Assembly: GCA_033442325.1 (NCBI GenBank)
Contig: JAWQFM010000001.1
Coordinates: 1,312,337 to 1,376,336, forward strand
DNA: 64,000 nt
DNA from: Salpingoeca rosetta
Lineage: Eukaryota > Protista > Choanoflagellata
Direction of reading: 5' to 3'
The notes beneath the pieces were generated by a model. The model had not been told where the DNA came from. It saw only the letters and a list, made by a program, of their open reading frames with translations, and searched no databases. Of the stretch, positions 14,255 to 49,898 are shown piece by piece. Both the position numbers and the translations under genes were made by a program. The number at the start of each line of letters is the position of its first letter. Positions within the stretch are counted from its first letter, which is position 1.

Positions 14255-16226
14255 AGCACACACGTTACACACACACACACGAACAAATAATACCTGCGAT
14301 GTTTTGACGTGCCGTGTGCATGTGCGTGTGTGTGCAGTTTGAGAGCGGGTATGTGACGCTGAACGAGCACCGCCACGCCATTCTCGTCCTTGAGGACGAT
14401 CCAGCGGCCAAGTCAATGCCGCTTGTCGGCGTGTACATCACGGGTGTTGCGTCGGCCTCTCTGTCGGACCCGCGCGTGACGGCTGCGTGCATCCGGTACG
14501 CTGCTGCGCGCCACTTGCAGCAGCGTGTGTACGTTGATCGTGTGCACTTCCTGCTGTGCTTCCACACGCGTGTGGCTGGCGCGTCGCAGTGGCAGTGGTT
14601 TGAGGTCTGTGCACTCGCTGACGACGTCCTAGTCGGTGATCGCGTCATCGCAACGCACCAGACAACAATGCAGGTATGTATGTGCAGGGGGATGCGAGTA
14701 CAGCATGTGCACATGTGTACATGTGTGCGTGTGTGTGCGTGTGTGTGTGCGTGTGCCCCTTTGTGCCCCTGTATGCCCTTGTGTGCCCATGTGTGCTTGG
14801 CATGAGGTTTTGTGTTGCAGCATGTCCCCTCCTCACACAGTCCCTCCCGCTCTCTGCGCCGTTCGCTTTTCATTAGACGGGCGATTCCAGCACGCTGTCG
14901 CGCCGAGGAACAATCGAGCTCTCGCTGTGTGCACCGTCTGCATATGAACATGCCAGCGGCGACGGCAACAGCACCACCACCAGTGGCGTTGGCGGCAGTG
15001 CTGATCGGCGTGAACAGGAGCTGTTGCAGTCGGAGATGGAGGCTGTGGATGCTGTTGAGAGTTCGCCCGTCGCAGCACCGCCACAAATGGCGCGCATACA
15101 CGCGCGGGCACCCGTGTTTGCATCGCATGAGGACACGTTTGGTGGCAGCAGCTTGCTGGACCTGAGCGTCGACGCCGACCAACTGTCACACCGCCAGCAC
15201 CAGCAGCGGGAAGTGGAGAGGCAAGGGGCGGTCGATGTTGATGCGGACACGCTGCGAGCAATGCAGGCGAAAATCGCCAGTCTTGAAGAGCACGTGCGGA
15301 TCCTGTCTGCACAAGCATCAGGTCGTACATCGGTCGCATCATTCGTCTCCTCGCAACTCGAGACTGCGGCCGAACGCGCACACCTTTCTTCCTCTTCCAC
15401 GCACGTCTCCAACACCCCGACCCCAACACCCACCCGCAGCGGCAGCGCACAGGAAGGTACCTTCACCCGTGATGATGGAACTGGTGGTGACGATGATGGT
15501 GATGAGGGCGACGCTGCGAGCAACGACCAGTTTGGTGAGCGCAGGGGTGCACAGCCAGTCAACACCAGCGAGCACGATCGGGTGTCACTTCTTCTTGACA
15601 TCTCGCACAGCGGCGACGAGCCTGTCTTTGCTGGCGTTCAACAACAGCAGCAAGAGCAGCAAGAGCAGCAAGAGCAGCAGGAGCAGCAGGAGCAGCAAGA
15701 GCAGCAAGAGCAAAACAGCGACATGGCTGACCACCGTGATGTTGATCAAGGTCAGCAACGGTATCAGACGCAACAGAAGCAGAAGCAGAAGCAGAAGCGG
15801 AAGCACCGCCGCTCTTCGTCCCATGGCGCAGGGCTGAGTGATGTCTCCATCACCCTTCTTGAGGTATTCATGGCGCTGCTGTGTGCCTCTTGCCTCTTCT
15901 GTTGCGCATGTGTGTTGCGTTCCCGCTGCCGTTGCGTGTTGGACTGCTCGTTGCGTCTGTTCCCAGCCTCGATTGTACCCGTTGTATGTGCCACATATGC
16001 TGTCACATCTTTCATCACATCACATCAACACCGTCTCTCCGTTGTGTCACAACAGGACAAACTGCGGCAATTTCTGGACATATCCGCGTGCACACAATCG
16101 TCTCAGCCGCCATCATCCCTGTCCACGGGCGCAGGTCAGGCATCAAAACAGCAACTTTGCTGCACACGCAAATGGACTGCCACCCATTGCGTGTGTGTTT
16201 GGACAAGAGCTTGCGTGATGGCAGAC

Positions 16227-16271
<45 letters not shown>

Positions 16272-17337
16272 ACGCACATACACACACATACACACACACA
16301 CATACGCACACACATACACACACATACACACACGCGCGCGCGCGCGATGCTGTGCCTCACATGTCAAGTATCAATCCGGCTGTCTCTGTCTCTTTCCTCC
16401 TTTCTCTGCCATCAGAGGAAATGCAATCCCTGCATTCGCAGCGTGTGGGTGGTGCACACAGCCCAGCAGGTAATGCAGTGTGAAGAAAAGCCTTGTAACT
16501 CGTCAGCAGCATCTATGCATGCCTTTTGACACCTGTTCTTGTGTTTTGGTCTCCAGGGCACACACATACAACACACACGAGTGCTTGCGTGTGTGGATAC
16601 GGGTGTTGTTGTTTCGTGTGCTCGCATTGACATGATTGATGCACATGACTTTCGCGTGGTTTTGTTGCAGACGGCCGGGGTTGCGCTGTACGTCAGGAGA
16701 CACCCGTGTTCAGCCCTCTTCACGACGTCACTTCCCGTGTTGCTTCTCCTCACAACACACTGGTGCGTACTAGACAGCCCATCGTCGCGTGTCCGCGCAG
16801 GTCACGTGATGATTGTTGCGTTGCACGTCTTCTCTCACTTGGTGCTGATGTCGCCTGAAGTCGACCCCACGCTCTCTGACACAACGTTGCATCCCCACAC
16901 AACACACATCCTCACTCACACATGATACGCACCCACAACATTCACACACACCCCCCCACACACACACCACACACGTACATATCCACATGCACACACACAT
17001 ACACACTCATTTCCATGTGCGCCCGCCAGTCCCGCGCTGCTGTGCATGCACCGCGGCAAAAGCTTTCGGTGCACGGCGATGCAGCAAAGCCACGTGGTGT
17101 CATCGGGGCAAACACGGAAACACGCACGAGCAACGCGAACACACGCGCGCATGAAACAGCAGCACTGCCAGCACAGCGCGCAGCGGGGAAGAAGGCGGTG
17201 GCTGGTGACAAGCGACACGGTCTTCGTGTTGTGACGAACCAGCAGCAGTGGACCCAGGGCGGCAGAGCAACAGCAGCGGAGGCGAAGCAGGTCACGTCTG
17301 CACGCTCGTTGAGAGAAGAGGTCCGTCACACACACAG

Positions 17338-17371
<34 letters not shown>

Positions 17372-17378
17372 AGACACA

Positions 17379-17459
<81 letters not shown>

Positions 17460-17706
17460 GGTGACTTTGTTGGATCGTGATCAAGTGACTGTGGGGGCTG
17501 CTTTGCAGCAGGGTTGAATGTCGGTGTTGGTGTTTGAGTGATGTTTTGTTTTATGAGTGCCATGTTTTCTCTTGTCTGTGGCTCATCACTCCATCGCACC
17601 AATGTCATGCACACATGCATACGCGCACTTGTTCTCGTTACATTCGCGTGTTTGGCCGCAGGCGGATGCGATTGTGCGCCGGTACACCCAGCAGCAGCGC
17701 TGGTGA
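12628..17706 (+). CDS. STIL: STIL/SAS-5/Ana2-family centriole assembly protein
   Basis: Exon 12628-12713 (..NFPLTVSVLW) splices to 12987 (SRIPQGSPRVLKL...RFDPGR). Later exons give AVPILPLTVVRTALYHRM and FESGYVTLNEHRHAILVLEDDPAAKSMPLVGVYITG...VTAACIRY...QQRV (STIL N-terminal domain), a short coiled coil DADTLRAMQAKIASLEEHVRIL, and a last exon 17662-17706 completing SLREEADAIVRRY. Exons between 15860 and 17030 are uncertain. Confidence 0.85.
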
Positions 17707-18118
17707 TGGCAAGGAGCACTTCTCAATGTGGGGTGTTCTCTTGCTTGTCCTGTTTCGTCCATGTTGGTATGCGCAGTTTTGTAGTTGCACAGCGATTGAT
17801 TGGTTCGGCGCACGTTCAGCCGTTTTGTTTACATGCTTTCCATAAACGATGATGATGATGGTGATGATGGTGATGATGGTGGGACTGGAAATCGTGGCGG
17901 CGAAGACGGTCGTGGTTTTATCTCATCTCATCGCTCACTCGACTTAATCAGTCAGTATTCGTGTATTCGATGTGAGACAAAGGGGCAGCATCTGGAAACA
18001 GAAGAGCTTGCGCACACATAAAGAACGCATGGGTGTATCAAACACACACACACACACACACACAAACAAACACAAACAAACACACAAGCAAACACAAACA
18101 AACAAACACACACATCCA

Positions 18119-18182
<64 letters not shown>

Positions 18183-18205
18183 GCACGTGCTCTCTGCTGA
18201 TGCGC

Positions 18206-24487
<6,282 letters not shown>

Positions 24488-24682
24488 CTTGGCTGCTAGT
24501 GTTGGTGGCGGCCGTGGTGTGTGAGAGCTTGATGGACGGTCGTGGTGGTGGTGGTGGTGGTGGTGGTGGTGGTGGTGGTGGTGGTGTGGGAGCGACAAGT
24601 GACTGCGAAGCAAACAGCAACCCAAGTTGGGAAGAGTTGTGAAAAATTTGTTACACTTTTCGGCAGTCGGTGGACGGAGGTG

Positions 24683-24718
<36 letters not shown>

Positions 24719-24729
24719 TCGCAAGTGCC
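24488..24729. promoter_or_regulatory. Bidirectional promoter between SYNRG and DEPDC5
   Basis: Divergent ATGs at 24487 (-) and 24730 (+). AT-rich core TGAAAAATTTG at 24640-24650. Confidence 0.6.
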
Positions 24730-36354
<11,625 letters not shown>

Positions 36355-36913
36355 GCCACAACACCCCCATCCCCCACCGCACACACACTCTCTCGCTCTC
36401 TGTTTAACTTGTGTTTGAGTGGTTGATTTATTGTAGACTGCCCGTGAGTGCTGGCCGCATTTGGCAGACACCTTGGGTCGTCACTTCAATCAGAGAAGGG
36501 TGTAAACAGCATCACAACCTCGGAGAAGGAAAAACACACGACGAGACAGAAAAAGCAAAGCACACGAAATGGGCGCATTGTGGGGCTGAGACAAACGCAC
36601 ACGCTTGCACTACTGCCACAGAGGCACACACGTGTGTTGCAGGCAGACAAAGACAAGAACAAGACAAGAAACGACAAAGCGGTTGTTTGTCTCTAGGGTT
36701 CGATGAGATGCCAGGAGGGCAAAACGAAAAAAGGGAGGAGCAGGAGGTGGAAGAGGGAAAGGCGAAAGGATAGTGTCGAGTATATGTATGAAACAGTGGC
36801 GATGAACAAGCGTCATTGCTGGAGGAGGAGGAGGAGGAGGAGGAGGAGGAGAGGGACTGGTTTGAAAGGTTGTATTTGGTTGTTGGTGGAGATAGGGGGA
36901 CTGGGGAGACTTC

Positions 36914-38486
36914 TTACTTCGAGTCGCATGGCTTGCCAGTGCAAGGGTTGAAGCAGTCTGCGTGGCACTCGCCGCTGCCGCTGTTTGTGTTGAGGATGAG
37001 GGCGACAATGAGACCGTAGAGACCAAGGACCTCAGCGAAGATAAGAATCAGGATCATACCGACGAACAACTGTGGATTGAGCAGGGAGCAATGGGGAGAA
37101 ACTGGGTGAGCGAGCGAAGCGAGTGATATGTTGCTGGTCGGAAGGGACAACGCCGTTCACCACCGCATGTGATATCGCGTCTCACTCGACAAAAGTACCA
37201 CAAAAACAAGCAACCAAGAGCGCCACTGAACACCACTGGACACAACAACAACAACAACAACAACAACAGCAACAACAGCAACAACAACGGCAGCAGCAGC
37301 AGGCGGCGGGAACATACCCTGGGCTGCTGTGCAGTACCACGGACGCCAGAGTCACCAACAATGCCAATTGCGAAACCAGCAGCAAGACCACTGATGCCGA
37401 CGGCAAGACCGGCACCGAGGTCGATGAAACCACTACACGCACGACAGCAAGGGGCAATCAGCACAGAGAGAGAGAGGGAGGGGGGAGAGACGCATGAGTC
37501 ACTTACGCATGCGAGTTGTCATGTCACACAAGTGAGCAAGGTATGTGTGTGTTCGTGCGTATGTGCTGGGGTACAGCAACGGTTCATGACACAGAGCACG
37601 ACGGGCGTTGCCAGCAAATGGATTGTTGAGCTGACGCACCTGAAGAGAGAGTAGGAGGATGCGCTGCCCATGCCGTTGGAGATGAGCACAGCAACGACGA
37701 GACCGTAGATGGCAATGATACCGGCCATGACAACGGGGATGATGGACTTCATGATGAGCTCGGGGCGGAGCACGGACATGGCGGCGATACCGGTGCCAGA
37801 CTTGGCAGTACCGTACGCGGCACCGAGAGCTGTTATCAGTGTGGCGGTGGGGAAGAGTGGGGGTCCGAGAGAAGCAAGAACGACGTGTGAGGAAGGCGGT
37901 GGTGACATTGTCATCAAAGGGGTATGCACATGTGCATGTAGGAGTGAAAAGCTGTTGTTGGTGGTGTTGTTTGTGGTTGCTGATGCAGTTGTTGGTGGCC
38001 GATGTCGTTCACATTGTCCACAACGTGTGACAGGCGCCTGCACTGCTGCTGCAAACTCACACATACACATGTTCCACTCCCTTCTCTCTCCGCCTCTGCA
38101 CACGCACACACACACGCACACACACTCTCTCTTCTCTCACATTCTCCACTCAAAAACTCCCCCCCCAACTCTCTTGCTCTAACCCTCCCCTGTGCTGTAC
38201 ACTACACCCTTCTCCCGCTGTCGCTGTTGTCGTCGGTGTCGTGGTGGGTGTCACCATCAACCATCACCCGCCCGCCACTCCATCATCAACATCACTATCA
38301 ACAACAACAACGGCAGTCCCTGCTGTAGATCATCACACCACACGACTCACCGCTGAAAGCCATGGCGGCGGTGGCGCCCATCACGCCGAAGAACGACGAG
38401 TACGTTGGGCAGTAGATACCCTCGACGGTGGTGTCATAGATGCGCACATCCATGGAGTCGGGGTTGGAGCAGTCAATTCCAGACAT
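36914..38486 (-). CDS. ATP6V0C: V-type H+-ATPase proteolipid subunit c (16 kDa)
   Basis: Four exons (38486-38351, ~37829-37640, ~37433-37318, ~37069-36914) encode [60 protein letters not shown]...[42 protein letters not shown], with the essential TM4 Glu. Confidence 0.97.
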
Positions 38487-38870
38487 GGTGTCGGTTTGCG
38501 TGTGTGTATGGGGGAAGACGAGGTGCGGTGGTGGTAGCGGCGCTGCTTTGTGGCTGATGACGCGTGTGTGTCTGTGCGTGTATCTGGGGGGTGAATGAGC
38601 GGAGCGAGGGCAAGCAAGAGACGCAGCAGCTGCAGCGAGAACACCCCCGGCTTTCTCCAAAAAGTGGTGTGCTTGGCGAAGATTAGCTGAAAATTTGCCC
38701 TGATTATCCCTCCACAAAATATGGAGGCACGTGCCTGCCTTTTTGTTGTGTGTGTGTTTGTCTTTTGGCTTGTCTTGCTTGGCTGGAGGGTTTGCAAATT
38801 GCAGGTGCCAAATTGCTCCAAGTCGATCGATTTTTGCAACGCATGACAGACGGCGGAGGACAACGCAGGC
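38487..38870. promoter_or_regulatory. Bidirectional promoter between the V-ATPase c gene and the sulfotransferase
   Basis: Divergent ATGs at 38486 (-) and 38871 (+). TGAAAATTTG at 38688-38697. Confidence 0.55.
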
Positions 38871-40369
38871 ATGCCACTGGAGCGGAGTCTGGAGCAAGGC
38901 AGCAGCGAGGCTGTGAAGCGGGTGAAGCAGCGGCTCTCCGGGTTTGAGACAGAGGCTGGAAGGCGAAAGGTGCGTTTGCGACTGGCTGCGACTCTGCAAC
39001 TCTGTACGCTGGAGGGGGGGGGGGGGCGGGTTTATTGCTACTGGCTGCGACTCTGTAACTCTGTACGCTGGAGGGGGGGGGGGCGGTTTATTGCTGATGG
39101 CTGCGCACGAGTGTTTGTGGGTGGGAAGCAAGCAATTCACAACAACCAGGAGTGAAGAAGCGTGCCGTGCAACCCAGCGTGCAACCCAGCGTGCAACCCA
39201 CTCGCGAACCCAGCGTGCAACCCACTCATCAACACAGCGTGCAACCCAGCGTGCAACCCAGCGTGCAACCCAGCGTGCAACTCAGTGTGCAACCCAGCGT
39301 GCAACCCACTCATCAACACAGCGGGCAACCCACTCACCAACCCAGCGTGCAACCCAGTGTGCAACCCAGTGTGCAACCCAGTGCGCAACCCAGCCTGTCA
39401 TCTCACACCACCACCACCACCACCACCACCACCACCACCACCACCACCACCTAAACTACTACCTCTGCCGGCTTGGTTTGGTTTGGTTTGCTACGGTAGG
39501 GCCTGGGGTTCCAGCCCAACGCAGGGGATGTGTTCATTGTGACCACGCCAAAGGCGGGAACCACATGGATGCAGCAGATCTGTCACCAACTGCGCTCACG
39601 AGGATCAATGGACTTTGAGGAGATTAGCGCCGTGGTGCCCTGGATCGAGCTTGCACATGACCTCGGCCAGGACCTGGAGGAGCCGCAGGTGGCCCAGCCG
39701 CGGTGTTTCAAGACCCACTGCTGGTACGACCACTGCCCCAAGGGCGGCAAGTACATTGTTGTTGTGCGCGACCCTGCGGACGTCGCGCTCTCCTTCTACA
39801 AGTTCTTTGAGGACTGGTTCTTCGAGCCGGGCGAGGTTGGCCTGGAGGAGTTTGTGCGCGAGTTCTGGCTTGCGCGCGGCGTGCCAGAGTCCGAGATGCA
39901 GAACGCAAGCTACTTCCACCACCTCATCTCCTGGTGGCAGCACGTGGGCCGCGACGACGTTCTCTGGGTCTTCTTCGAGGACATGAAGCAGGACCTGCGC
40001 TCTGTTGTGCAGCGCGTCGCCGCGTTTATGGGCATCCCCGATGCAGACGACGCCCTCATCGACAAGGTTGTGGAGCACTCCTCCTTTGAGTTTATGAAGG
40101 CGCACGAGGCCCAGTTTGATGAGCACCTGAGCAAGCTCCGGCGAAACGCCGCCTGTGGGTTGCCGCCGGACGCCGGGATGCGCCACGGCAAGATCAACCG
40201 CGGCGAGAGCGGCGCTGCAAAGAAGACGCTGCCTGCAGAGGTGCTGGCCGACATCCATGCCAAGTGGAAGCAAGTGGTCGCTCCAGTCGTTGGCTGTGAC
40301 ACATACGCCGCATTTCGTGACAAGGTGCACGCCCAGCAACAACAGCAACAGCAACAACAGCAAGCATAG
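38871..40369 (+). CDS. PAPS-dependent cytosolic-type sulfotransferase (Sulfotransfer_1 family)
   Basis: Exon 38871-38969 (99 nt) and exon 39500-40369 are in frame. Motifs: 5'-PSB loop DVFIVTTPKAGTTW, catalytic KTH, 3'-PB YIVVVRDPADVALSFY, FFEDMKQDL, HSSFEFMK. Confidence 0.92.
38982..39097. repeat. Tandem duplication of a ~57-bp unit (CTGGCTGCGACTCTG.AACTCTGTACGCTGGAG-polyG-CGGTTTATTGCT)
   Basis: Two adjacent near-identical copies at 38982-39040 and 39041-39097, inside the sulfotransferase intron. Confidence 0.9.
39167..39395. repeat. 12-bp minisatellite (GTGCAACCCAGC)n with recurring ACTCATCAACAC variants
   Basis: About 19 tandem 12-mers visible directly. They produce the spurious ATQR/VQPS/CNPA ORFs. 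Confidence 0.92.
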
Positions 40370-40666
40370 CGTGCTGTGTGTTGTGTGTGTGTGTGTGTTG
40401 TGAGAGAAGTTTGTGTGTACATGTGTTGTGCGTTTGTGTGTCTGTGTGTGTGCATGTGTTGTGAGAGAGTTTGTGTACATGTGTTGTGTTGTGTGGCATC
40501 TCGCAGTGTCGCAGTGTCGCAGTGACGACGGCGAGGAACGGCGAATATTCACGAATAATAAACGACACTTTTCCGTGTTGTCCTGCTCACCAAGCGAGTA
40601 CACTCACCTTGCGCTGCCAACGACCACCACAACAACAGCCGTCAGCGAGCAGCAGACGAGCCAGCC

Positions 40667-45773
<5,107 letters not shown>

Positions 45774-46572
45774 GGCCCACGCTTCTCGTCCACACACGTA
45801 CCCATCCACGCCCAATGCTTTCTGCCACCTCTTCACATTCACCACTACGCCACCACCACGCCTTGCCTGAGAATGTGCTCCCTTCGCTCCTGGTGCTCCG
45901 ATGAGCCGACATGACGGTGATTGCTGTTGTGTAACATGTGGTGCTCTGCCTGATGCTTCCTTCTCCCACAAACGCATGCACGCATGTTTGGTCTGTGGCT
46001 TTCGTGTTTTCCCCTCGCATCATTCATTAAACCGTCATCGCCACCGCTGGCATTGCATAACACTTGCACCCCCATATGCGCGGCACCCACCACAACCCAT
46101 TCCTGGTCGTCACATCACATGACATGACGGGGCTGCTGTGCCATGCACGCACGCCACAGCCACACTGACCCACCATCACCGGCCCTTGTCAACACCCAAC
46201 ACGTGGAGCAGCACCTGCTCGACAATTGAGGGTTTTGTGCATCTTTCTTGTCAACTTGAAACACGCGGCACACAAAGTGCGCAAACGCGCACAACCAGCA
46301 AACAGTTACAGCAACAAGACAAACAAGACACGGCACACAAAAAGCAGGAGGGAGGACGTCTGTTGTGGGTGCATGTGTGTTTTCAGTGGTGCATCTTGCT
46401 CAAGGACAACATCAGATCAGGTTCACTGGTGCACACACGTGCGTGTGCGTGTGTACTTGCGCAGTATCATTTATCTCAAGTGCGCATCAAGGAGATTCCC
46501 ATCAATGCTTGCGGCTGGCCAGTGGATTCGTGAGCAGCAGTGTGACATCGCATCCATCGACAGAACATCGTC

Positions 46573-47705
46573 ATGGCGGACGCCAATCGACAACGAGCGC
46601 AGCAGGCGCAGCAACAACAACAGCAGGGGCAGCAGGGGCAGCAAGGGCAGCAAAGACAGCAAGGACAGCAACAGCAGCAGCAAGCACAGCAAGGGCAGCA
46701 GGCACAGCAGCAACAGCGAGGGCAACAGCAAGGGCAGCAAGCGGAGGAAGAGCAGCCTCCGCAGGATGAACGCAAGCATGAGCCCTCATGGCAGGCGCGC
46801 TTGGAGTGGTGGGAGACACACCTTCGACCAGCGACCGCCCCACAAGTCTACACGGAGTTCCCGCACACCGTCTCCGAGGTGAAAATGCGCGCGCAAAGCG
46901 CTCTCGACAGTACTGTGCGCCACCTCTGCTGATGATACACCGCGCACGGTTGCGCCACTCATGCTTGCGCCATATGCCATCTCTGCTGCACACTCACGCC
47001 TCTTGTCGATGCATGTTTGAACGGTGACCGGTCTCGCCAGGAAACAATGTTCACCGTCTACGACAAGCAGATCTCGCGCAGGTACATCCAGATGTTTGCG
47101 GAGCATTTGCAGGACCACGACCTTCTCCTTCTCACGGCGTTTGCCGTCTTCATCCACAAGGTGAGGCTCGAATGACCCTGTGTTATCCATTTGCCTGCTG
47201 GTACTGTCTTTTTGCTTGTATCCCAGCGTCTGTCTGCTGTCCCCGTCCTCTCCCTCCTTACACAGTCTCACACCCATTTCTTCATGCTTTCCCACTTCAC
47301 ACCACCTTCACACACACATGCACACACACACGCACACACACAAACAAACACGCACCGCCCCCAGCAAACCCGCGAGGATTGCTTTGTGGTCATGCACATG
47401 ACGACGCCGCCCGACTTCTTGCCGGTCCTGATTCAGTTCAAGGTGCGGCACTCATGCCTTGCGTGTTTACCATGGCATGTCGACAAGGACATCCGTCGCA
47501 GTGTTTGCCAGTACTGCCTGTCACTACAAGCCCTGTCGATGGATCGCCTCGCACATGCTCAACCGCACTTGCGCGCTTCTCACACACGCACACACTCATG
47601 CCTGGTGCGAACTCACTGCTCTTCCCAACTAGCCGGACATGACGGTCCAGGAAGCAATGGACGCTGTCGCACGCGCCATGGCCAAGTCGGCAGAGGTGTG
47701 GCGCT

Positions 47706-47778
<73 letters not shown>

Positions 47779-48905
47779 GACAGGAAGGCTTCCCGCCCAA
47801 TGGCTGTTTGTGTTGATGTTGTCGACCGCAACCCATCTGCACTGTTGCAGCTCACAAACCAACGCCTCCCATACGCGGGTGTGCATGCGTGCGCGTTCTC
47901 CCGCACGTGACAGATGGAGGTTCCCATACAGGATCTGGTGGCCTACTTCGACTCAAAGGGCAAGGACGCCGGACGCCACTTCCGCAACCTCTGCAAGGTC
48001 CTCGTGGCACTCCCTGTACTTTCACACACATATGCACACACACACACACATGCACACACACTCAGGCCCAAGATGTGCACTCACGTTGACAGCATACATG
48101 GATGCAACACGTGAACAGTTGTGCATTGTCCCGCGCTTTCGGGAAGGCGTGGACCGCTTCAACTTGCTGCAACCGTCTCTCGCCTTCATCGCAATCTCTG
48201 ATGTGAGCTGCCCTTGAGACACGCGTGCCAACCCTCTTCTCCACCTTGATGACACTCCCAGCGCACACCTGCGTCCTTGCAAACTCCGCCACCCGCGTTC
48301 CTCACATGTCCACGCCCCCCCAACTGCCTTGGCTGTGGTTGCTGCTCAGTGGCTCATGAGCCGGCGGCTGCCCCTCGACGTCCAGTCCCAGCGTCTCATC
48401 CCAAAGAAGCTCGGCATCAGCTTCCCAGCGGTGTGTTGCTTGTTTCCTTGTTTTGTGTTTGTATTTGTTTTGTTTTGATTTGGTTTGTTTTGGTTTGGTT
48501 TGGTTTGGTTTGGTTTGGTTTGGTTTGGTTTGGTTTGGTTTGGTTTGGTTGTTTGCATTTGCCAGATGCCACTGCTTGTCGGTGGCCGTTGACTTCTTCC
48601 CCTCACCGCCCGCCTTACCATTACGCTCCTGGTGCACACACACGCACGTGTGTGTGCGTGTGTGTGCGTGTTTGACTGCGCAGGATGCGTATCTCAGCCA
48701 GTCGAGTGAGTCTCTGCTCGAGCAGGTGATGCACACGTGGTACGCTTTGACCCTGCAGAGAGACACCAAGGTATGTCACGCTCATCGTTTCCCACGCATC
48801 GGCTGTTTTGTGTGTACATGTGTTTGAATATGAATGCTGACGTACATGCATATATGCACGTGTGATGGCGGGCTGCATATTCTCCTTTTGCTTACACACC
48901 TGCGC

Positions 48906-48943
<38 letters not shown>

Positions 48944-49178
48944 CTCGTGAACGTGCCGCTTGCGTTACAGCTTGTTGATTTTTCGCTGGTGGACGGTGAC
49001 GTCGAGAGCAAGTCGGACACGGCTAAGCAGCAGCCGAACCCAAAACTGCCACTCGACGATACGTGGCATGGCTCAGCTTTTGTACGGTCACCTTCAGTCA
49101 CACATATCGACACACATCTGTCTTTGTATCTTTGTGTGCATGCATGCACGACTACCCGTTGTCGTTCGTTGTGATTGT

Positions 49179-49268
<90 letters not shown>

Positions 49269-49838
49269 TTCGTGTTGACTTCATCTTCAAATTGTTAACA
49301 CTCGTGCCTTGTTTGTGTCCCCGTCGCACTGCACCTGCTGTGCGGTTTTCTTGGCTGTAGTCATACCTGGAGAAGCACGCTGCCGTTACGCCTGACAAGC
49401 CCCTGATCTTCTACAACGGCGAGACACACACGTACAAGGTGTCGTCATGGGTCTTTGACCTTGATGACTCACCGTGGATGTTGCGTTGGCTGTGTGTTCC
49501 TCTCCCCGCTCCCCTCTCACATCACTGCATGCGATGATGTGGACACGGCAGGCCATCGACAGTGTGAGCAACCGCCTTGCAAACCTGCTCATCTCGAAGA
49601 ACATTGGCAAAGGCGATGTTGTCGCGCTCTTTGCACACCGCTGCCCAACCCTCGTCGTTGGCATGATGGGTGTTCTCAAGGTGCGCCCTATCACCATGCC
49701 CAGTCATATGCAACATGCACACACATCCACATGCATATGCAAACACGCTTCACACGTGCACACGTACGGCTGTTGTTATTCAAGCAAGCATGCTTGCAAT
49801 TATCATCGCCCATGTGCTCAACCGCAGTCACAACACCT

Positions 49839-49898
<60 letters not shown>

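Noticed and set aside
39137-39542. ORFs with ATQR/VQPS/CNPA/GLHA repeats
   Set aside because: Translations of the intronic 12-bp minisatellite. The flanking exons splice in frame around it.
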